Below are positions 53,933 to 64,000 of a stretch of DNA of 64,000 nucleotides, piece after piece. The stretch comes from Octopus vulgaris (Eukaryota), in the NCBI GenBank assembly GCA_951406725.2, contig OX597819.1, positions 71,796,001 to 71,860,000 of the forward strand, read 5' to 3'. The notes beneath the pieces were generated by a model. That model was not told the origin of the DNA. It worked only from the letters and a program-made list of their open reading frames with translations, and did not search any database. A program made the translations under genes and the position numbers. How positions within the stretch are numbered: the stretch's first letter is position 1; every line of letters starts with the position of its first letter.

Positions 53933-54529
53933 GTATTTATGTGTGTGTGTGTGCGCGCGCGCTCCTGTCTATAAAAGGAGATGAAATAAACAGGCTTTAA
54001 TCAACAAAATACAATAATTGTTTCTACGCTATCGTTGTAGCTGTTAGTGGCTACATCACTAATCAGTCTCATGATTGCTGGAGGAGATAGTGCTCCACTC
54101 GTCAATCAGAGATAATTCCTGTTGTTTCGTTCTGAGCATAAGTAAATAGGTTCTATTCAGTTACTATCAGCCGAAAAAGAGTGAAAATGTGTATATTCCT
54201 CCTCAAAGCGTTTCACCAGACTTGAGCATAAGCGCAGATTCCTTGTTGGATTAAGTTTTCAGCGAACAACTTTTCCTTTTAGACAATGTGTATACACGAC
54301 ATATTTTTTCCAGTGTGGTTAGCGGATTCTCACACACCAAGTTTCGGCATAGCTGTGCCTTTTCAGTGACAGACATGTCCGGAATCTGCAGCGGCACAAG
54401 AACAAGCTCCTATCTATAGAATTCAGCAAGCTAATCATTTGTTCATGCGTGCTAAGACCAACCAAGCTGATATTAAATTATTAGCATGCAAAACCGCTCT
54501 AAAGCTGAATCAATTTAAAGAGTAATAAA

Positions 54530-54889
54530 GGACAGACAAACGGATTAAGTCGATTATATCGAACCAGTGCGTAGCTGGTACTTATTCAATCGACCCCAAA
54601 AGGATGGAAGGCAAAGTCGACCTCGGCGGAATTTGAACTCAGAACGTAACAACTGACGAAATACCTATTTCTTTATTACCCACAAGGGGCTAAACACAGA
54701 GGGGACAAACAAGGACAGACATAGGTATTAAGTCGATTACATCGACCCCAGTGCGTAACTGGTACTTAATTTATCGACCCCGAAAGGATGAAAGGCAAAG
54801 TCGACCTCGGCGTAATTTGAACTCACAACGTAACGCAGACGAAATACCGCTAAGCATTTCGTCCAGCGTGCTAACGATTCTGCCAGCTC
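54530..54889 (-). mobile_element. Tandem/nested family 2 SINE dimer
   Basis: A full copy (54889-54666) ends gtgggtAATAAAgaaata and is joined to a second copy that restarts at ggtatttcgtc (54665-54530). Confidence 0.85.
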
Positions 54890-55033
54890 GGGAACAAAAA
54901 CACAACAGAGGGCATTAAAACGTTCGGACAGATACACGACACAAAGGCGGACAAGAAAAACAACAATTAAAAGGACAGGCAAAAAAGACGGGTCATTCTT
55001 GGCTTTCTTTTTTCAGTCAAGTTCCAGAAGTCA

Positions 55034-55102
<69 letters not shown>

Positions 55103-55283
55103 TGTTTATATAAAAGAAATCATCAGGAAGCTATTTCCAGTAAATATCGGTACTTAGTTGTGCCATTTATTTACTAATTTGTGTATTTTTCCCTCACGGG
55201 CTACTTTTTTACTGGAAGGCAATACTTTGTATTGCATTACTGATATTTGATATTGTGTATATATGTATGATATTGTATATATG

Positions 55284-55335
<52 letters not shown>

Positions 55336-55399
55336 TATGTTTATGTTTATATATATGTATATGTATATATGTATATATTTATATATATATATGTATGTA

Positions 55400-55458
<59 letters not shown>

Positions 55459-55622
55459 CATGTATATATATGCATATCTACATATATATACACACGTATG
55501 TATATGTATATGTGCGTGTGTTTGTATGTCTCTTTTTCAGGTAGAAAGGAAAGATGGTTTATGCATGTATGTGTACATGCATGAATGCATTTTTGTGATT
55601 GGTTGAGAGAGAGAGAGAGAGA

Positions 55623-55667
<45 letters not shown>

Positions 55668-56378
55668 TACTATTGCAGCAGCAGCAATACTAACAAGTAT
55701 ATATTCATTGAAACACATAAGTACTGCTTCACAACAACAACCACGGAAAACTAAAGAGAGAGAAAAGAAAAATTATTTCTTTGGCGAAGCTGGTTTGACA
55801 GGAGCGCAAATACACACACGCACAAACACGCACGCATACAAACACAAACCGACAATCACACAAACATGCAAACACACACGCACACATAGAAACAGACAGG
55901 TGCGCGTAAAGACAAGCACCCGCGCGGCCCCCCAAAACACAGATGCACAAACACACGTAAACAGAGAACGACTTACACAAACAGACATTGGCAACCGAAC
56001 AAACAGTGGAACCAGCGAAAGCATTCTATTTAAAGTATGTCTCCCACTCCCACTGAAATCTACTGTACACCTCAGATTTCACTTTCGAACTTATTATAAA
56101 CAATATGTTATGATTGAATATATTTATGTGAAAGGGTCTGAAATGCTTCAGAAATGATGTGTTTACAGTTTCCTCTTCTGTTTTCGTTCCTGATGGCGTT
56201 GTGGCTTTTGTTTTGCTTTGCTTGTTTTGCTTTGGTGGAGCTTCGGTATTTTTTAGTTCGTGTATTTAAACGGAGTTTTGTACTTTGGTAATCGTTTACT
56301 TTCCAATACGAGAAGCAGCGGATTGATTATATGGTTTAAGCTTTCTCCCAGAAGACTCCAACCGAATACATACATCAA

Positions 56379-56455
<77 letters not shown>

Positions 56456-56560
56456 TTGTATATATATATGTGTGTGTAATATATATATATAATAAACATA
56501 TATGCATATATATGTATATATACATATATACATATATATATACATACATGTACACACACA

Positions 56561-56613
<53 letters not shown>

Positions 56614-56922
56614 GTACATATATATGTGTACGAATACGTGCATGCATAAATTTAAATGCAAGTGCGTTTGTATGTGTAAGTATATATAGATAGACAGTTA
56701 AATGCTGTTACGTATATGTGTATATGTGTATTATATGCGCATGTACAAGTGTGTGCATCTACCATATATATAAATGCATATTGATTATATGCATTATTCA
56801 TACACTTCTAAACGTCTATACATACATACACGCACATGTACATGTATAATTCTGCGTGTCTGTATATATACATATATGTGTGTGTGTGTGTGTTTGTATA
56901 CATGTAGATACATATGTATATG

Positions 56923-56974
<52 letters not shown>

Positions 56975-57127
56975 TTATTCCCTTATGAGTTTTTTCACGC
57001 TAACTACTTGATAATTTCTTATAAAGATTTTATCCTATTTTTAAATTGTATATATATATATATATATACATATATATATTTATACATTCTTATATATATA
57101 TACGTATATATGTATGTATATATATAT

Positions 57128-57162
<35 letters not shown>

Positions 57163-57230
57163 TACATACATACGTACATATATATGTATATATATACATA
57201 CATACATACATACATACATACATACATACA

Positions 57231-57265
<35 letters not shown>

Positions 57266-57294
57266 GTATGTGTATATATATATATATATGCATA

Positions 57295-57805
57295 GAAAAA
57301 CCGGTTAGACCTTTAAAAATAAACCTTGTCAATAAAGCTTGATGTATTTTCAACTACATTTTTTTCTATATTTCTTCCCCTGTGGATTAAAATATCCTTC
57401 TTATATGTACGTGTTTTAGTCGGGTTGGTGCATAATTATTGCGGCTTTTTTTTTTTTCAATAACTTTTAATGAACAAAAACAACTTGTAGCAAAAGCATC
57501 TTTAAATGATTATTTCGTGGCATATTCACCATCTACTTCAATTGCTGCTTTCCATTTGCTTGGCAGACTGTGAGATCATCATTTAAAGATGTCTTTGTTA
57601 AATATTTTTATTGGTTTTGTTGGATAAAATATGTTGTAAAAAAGCTGCAATAATTCTGCACCAGCCCATTATTTATTATAATTAAAAAATAGAAGAGACA
57701 TACATATAAGGATATTCTATTCCACACGGGAAGAAATATAGAAAATAGGTAGTTGAAAATATATCAAGGTTTTTTAGGTTTATTCTTAAAGGTCTAACCG
57801 GTTTC
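57295..57805. repeat. Inverted pLTR-like repeats flanking a mariner MITE
   Basis: 57295-57410 is the reverse complement of 57695-57805 (aaaccggttagacctttaa..). The GAAACCGGUU motif resembles a decayed hammerhead 3' half. Confidence 0.7.
57421..57667. mobile_element. Mariner-derived MITE
   Basis: TIRs gggttggtgcataattattgcggc and gctgcaataattctgcaccagccc resemble Hsmar1/MADE TIRs. The internal minus strand encodes LPSKWKAAIEVDGEY (mariner C-terminus). Confidence 0.85.
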
Positions 57806-58006
57806 ATAGATTTTTCAGGATTTTCAAAAGTCATCTGAGACAGACAGGTTTAGGGCCATGCCATAACTTTCTTGCTTCTGCAGTATAGCCCCACATCTTT
57901 CTATTTCAGTTGTGTTTTCAAAATCAGAAAAATCTTTAGAAAACCATCTAAAAGACTACAAGTATATTTTTTCAATGTTTGGTTTTATATATACATATAT
58001 ATATAT

Positions 58007-58095
<89 letters not shown>

Positions 58096-58142
58096 TGTAT
58101 GTATAGGTGTAGGCATGGTCGTGTGGTAAGAAGCTTACTTCC

Positions 58143-59670
58143 GGTTCGGGTCGTTTAGTTTTCTTCACTCACCTTTAGAAGTCGTCACGCTGGTGTGCAG
58201 CGGACGAAAATTGTAATTGAAAGACGCTCTACTGTAACGTAAGACTTTTTGCTTTTTTAGTCCGGTGGGGTTCGTTTTTTGTGAGGTTTATTTTTTGTAC
58301 AAGCAAGGAGTCCTCACTGGATTCTGGGCTTTGGTCTTCCTGCGGTAGAGCAGTTTGTTTTTCTCACTTAATTGTGAGAACTGCTGTTTGGAGGCGTCTC
58401 CCGCCTCCAATTTAATCGGTTCTTGTTTAAATTCGCGAAAGATTTTTTGAAAAAAAAAGCTATTTCGAAGAATTGGACGAGAATTGAGAAAAACTGTGAA
58501 GGTCGGGAGTACCGTGTGACCAAAAATTATTTGATTTTGCTACGTTTTGAACTCTCTCTTCTTCTGTATTTTATTTTCTGAAACGCTATATTGAACTGTT
58601 TATTTTAATTTTTTCTTCCTTTTTGTTATTTTTTTATTATTTGAATTTTTTGTGGACTGTATTTAGAACTATTAATTTTTCACATGGCAAAAAACAAACT
58701 TACAGAATGGGAAATAACACCACCCAAAAATTGGTTAGAAGAATTTGAAAGGAAGACGGTGGTGCTGAGGACTTACTCCAAGTCCCTCAACACCATAGCA
58801 GTCTTCCAGAAAAAAAAATGATTGAAAAGGAGCTGGCAGATTATATACCAGGTATTAATATATATATACCTCGGAGAATCAAATATGCAACGGTGTGGTT
58901 GCTATTTGATACCCCTGAAGGGTTTCGCAAATTCACAAGCCAGCCCCTGGAGGGCAGGGAAATTTTGTTCCTTCCCACTTATTGGGAAGTTGACGAGGGC
59001 TTGGGTCTGCGCTTTGCCACCAGGAATTGAGCTTGAGTGGATAGAGGATACTATCCGCCGGGGTCTGGGTGGGAGCAATACCAAGCTACTCAATGTAAAC
59101 ATTTTGCCTACGGCTGATTGGGAGGGGTCGAAAGCTGTTTTGACCCAATGGACCCAATCAGCCGAAAATTTGGTATTTCCAGATTTTTTATGAATGGCCG
59201 GGTCTAGATATCCAGTGATGCTTGAGGGATGCCCCCCCATCTCAAGTGTCACCTGTGTCTGGAGCTGGGCCATATCAAAAAGAACTGTCCGGAGGACCAA
59301 AATAAGGTCCTAGAGGAGTTGATTAAAATACCGCTCCCCACTCCCTCATTGGAGGAAGAGAGGGAGGATGTCGAGGAGATGGAAACCTCCTTGAAAAAAG
59401 GAAAACACGAAAGATGAACAACAATGTTTGATTTGTGTAAGAGGTTTCTGCCTCACAATGGCTTTCATGCAAGAGGTTTGTTGCCTCCTTTATGTTTTGT
59501 TATGTAAGAGGTTTCTTGGCAATATGTATTTATAAAGAACAATGTGCTCGGCGGGCGTTGCTGTTTCCCTCATTATTATCATATCATCTATCATTTCATC
59601 TCATTATGTCCTTGCCTAGTCCGCAGCTTCCTTTCTTTGTGAGGCCCTTGTGGCCAATTGAATTAATAAA
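58143..59670 (+). mobile_element. ORF1-only (HAL1-like) non-autonomous LINE derivative inserted into a SINE head
   Basis: ~540-nt 5' UTR, then frameshifted ORF1 58684-59417 (MAKNKLTEWEITPP..RRM-like..KCHLCLELGHIKKNCP CCHC knuckle, acidic tail). No ORF2. Short 3' UTR ending AATAAA. TSD agaagcttacttc and agaagcttgcatc, with SINE halves on both sides. Confidence 0.78.
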
Positions 59671-59889
59671 AGAAGCTTGCATCACAACCTTGGGCAAGTG
59701 TTTTCAATTATTGCCTCGGGCAGAGCAAAGCTTTATGAGTGGATTTGGTAGACAGAAACTGAAAGACGCCTGTCGTATGTGTGTGTGATTAACTTAGCGT
59801 TTCGACAAATGAGTTCGATACAGAATAAGTACAACCTTTCAAAATAAGTACTGGAGTCAATCAGTTGGACTAAAAACATCCTCAATTTT

Positions 59890-60964
<1,075 letters not shown>

Positions 60965-61057
60965 GTTAATCCAAATATGAAACACAAAGAGAAAACAACG
61001 CGAGGACGTGGAACAAGTATAGTGTTACTGGACACTCAGGAAAGGAAAGAAAGGAGG

Positions 61058-61092
61058 ATGTAACGTTTCGAGCGGAGCTCTTCGTCAGAAAT
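61058..61092 (-). ncRNA. Minimal hammerhead ribozyme (family C)
   Basis: auuu CUGACGA A GAGC-UCC-GCUC GAAA CG UU acau, with one stem I mismatch. Host repeat is 60962-61170, and its end is inverted at ~60407-60445. Confidence 0.75.
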
Positions 61093-61184
61093 ATAAGAAA
61101 AGGAAAGATCCAAGGAAGGGAAGACGGAGGGGGGAAATGGCCAACGATACACACGCGGTCATATTTTGAATATATACTCTTTAC

Positions 61185-61838
<654 letters not shown>

Positions 61839-63403
61839 TATATGTATGTTATATATTTTTCTGATTATTCAGACTTTTTCAATATGCTAGGCCACTGATT
61901 TAAATTTATATTAATTCAATTAATATCAATTTTTACACTCATTATTTAAATATATATATATATATATAGTGATGGTAGTGATGGTGGTGTTAGTGGTGGC
62001 GGTATTGGTGGTGATGGTGGTGGTGGTGGTGGTGTTTATGGTATTGAAATGATACTTAAGGACACCCTTTGGTAAACCCTATATTCCAGTCCCTCAAGAT
62101 ACCATCTGGATGACCCCGATTCGATTTGTCCAGAACCTCACTGGTGACGTTCGTGAAGTTTCTTTACCCGATTCACCAAACGGACGCCCCAAAACAACTC
62201 CACTTCACATCCAAGGCACCATTCGACATCTGTACCAACATTGATGTTCAAGACGTTCCCAAGAATTCTTCAAGATGTCTCACGATGTGTAACTGTTCTG
62301 CTCCACTCACGTTCGTTGTTTAGTTTTTTTTTATCTTTCACTTGTTTCAGTGATTAGACTGCGGCCATGCTGGAGTACCGCTTTGAAACGTTTTAAGTGA
62401 AATAAATCGACCCCGGTAGTTATTTTTGTTTTTATTTTATTATCACTAAGTACCTGTGGTTTTTTCTATTTTTATCGGCTTTGGCACCAACAAACACCAA
62501 CACAATCGTCACCAATACCACCGTCGTCGTCGTCATCATGATCATCCCCACCATCATCATCATCATCACCAGAGTCATCATAACCCATTATCACCACCAC
62601 CATCACCAATACCACCACTACTACCATCATCATCACCACCACAGTCACCACCGCCATCATCATCATCATCATCATTATCTTCGTAATAATAATAATAATA
62701 ATAATAATAAACATCATTCCACCGCCACGGCAAAAAAACACCATCACCATCATCTCAATACCATCATCATCATTATCATTATCATCATCATCATCATCAA
62801 CATCATTACAAATTCAACTACTACTACCATAAACATCATCATCACCACCACCATCATCATCATCATCATCATCAACAGCAGCAGCATTATCATTATCACC
62901 ATGAATATCATGCATCACCATGTCTACGCAGTCTGTGCTGCCCTTAATTCTATTCTAACTCCCCAATACTTCATTGTCACTATCCACTTAATTCTTGGCT
63001 TTCTTTCTCCTTTCTTCTTCAGTAAGTCTTCGATAAACAATTCTTTTTCTTATAATGTCTCATGATTATAATGCCGCTTACATCAACGTAGCATATCCTA
63101 TAATTATTACTGGTACTTACGATTTCGCTTGGCTTTTTAGAATTTCAAGCACACGTTTAGTTTTCGAAAACGTTTGCAAAAGCAATCAAATCATTTGAAG
63201 ATGCAGGCGTGGTTATGTGCCAAGAAGCTTGCTTCCGAACCGCATAGTTCGGTGTTCAGTCCCACTGCGTGGCGTCTTGGCCAAATGTCTTCTACTATAG
63301 TCACGGACCGACCAAAACCTTGTGAGTGAATTTGGTAGAAGGAAACTGAAAGACCTTCGTATATAGATAAGAGGGTGCATGTGTGTGCGTGAGTGTATGT
63401 GTG

Positions 63404-63496
<93 letters not shown>

Positions 63497-64000
63497 ACTC
63501 GTGCGTGTGTGCCTGTTTGTCTTTGTGTTTGTTTGACAGCCGTAACTTAGCGGTTCTGCAAAAGACAGCGACTGAATAAGAACCAGGCTTTACATGAAAA
63601 TAAGTACCGGGGTCGATTCTTCAAGACAGTACCCCAGCATGGTCGCAGTCTAATGACTGAAACCAGTAAAAGACATACATAAAAGACATAATTTTATAAA
63701 AATCAAAAGGATAGGATTTTGTGAAGCATATTCTGTTTCTTTATATGTAGGCGCAGGAGTAGCTGTGTGGTAAGCAAGTTTGCTTACCAACTACATGGTT
63801 CCGAGTCCAGTCCCACTGCATGGTACCTTGAGTAACTGTCTTCTACTATCGCCTCAGGCTGACAAAAGCTTTGTGAGTGGATTTGGTAGGTGGAAACTGA
63901 AAGAAACCCATCTTATATATGTATGTGTGTGTGAGTGTGTGTTTGTGCGTCTGTGTTTGTCCCCCAACATCGATTGACAACCGATGCTGGTGCCTTTACG

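Noticed and set aside
54180-54380. Possible Tc1/mariner N-terminal HTH relic (MSVTEKAQL..LVKRFEE), minus strand
   Set aside because: Too decayed, and no TIRs or catalytic motifs were found.
62060-62315. Possible RTE-like RT C-terminal relic, minus strand
   Set aside because: Motifs are too eroded to support a call.

Overview
AT-rich eukaryotic (animal) DNA packed with microsatellites ((TA)n, (TG)n, (GATA)n, (ATT)n, (GGT)n) and tRNA-derived SINEs. The repeat content points to a coleoid cephalopod, probably Octopus (inference). Almost all ORFs in the supplied track are microsatellite artefacts. The only clear host gene is missing from the track: the last two exons (3409-3563, 6404-6598, +) of a chymotrypsin-like peptidase S1 (STCN|GDSGGPL). 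The rest is transposable-element debris: a near-intact 5'-truncated Tx1/L1-clade LINE inserted in (GATA)n, an ORF1-only LINE derivative inserted in a SINE head, a HERO-like RLE LINE, a CR1/Jockey-group RT relic, mariner, maT (DD37D), Merlin and hAT relics, several palindromic MITEs and a possible mitochondrial control-region NUMT. The most notable hidden layer is a set of at least six Penelope-like element families whose 3' regions carry minimal hammerhead ribozymes. These include a U3-A8 covariant form and a recurrent CUGUNGA core variant. A 3' tail motif is shared by the Tx1 LINE, a SINE family and the ORF1-only element. All calls were made by eye and element boundaries are approximate.
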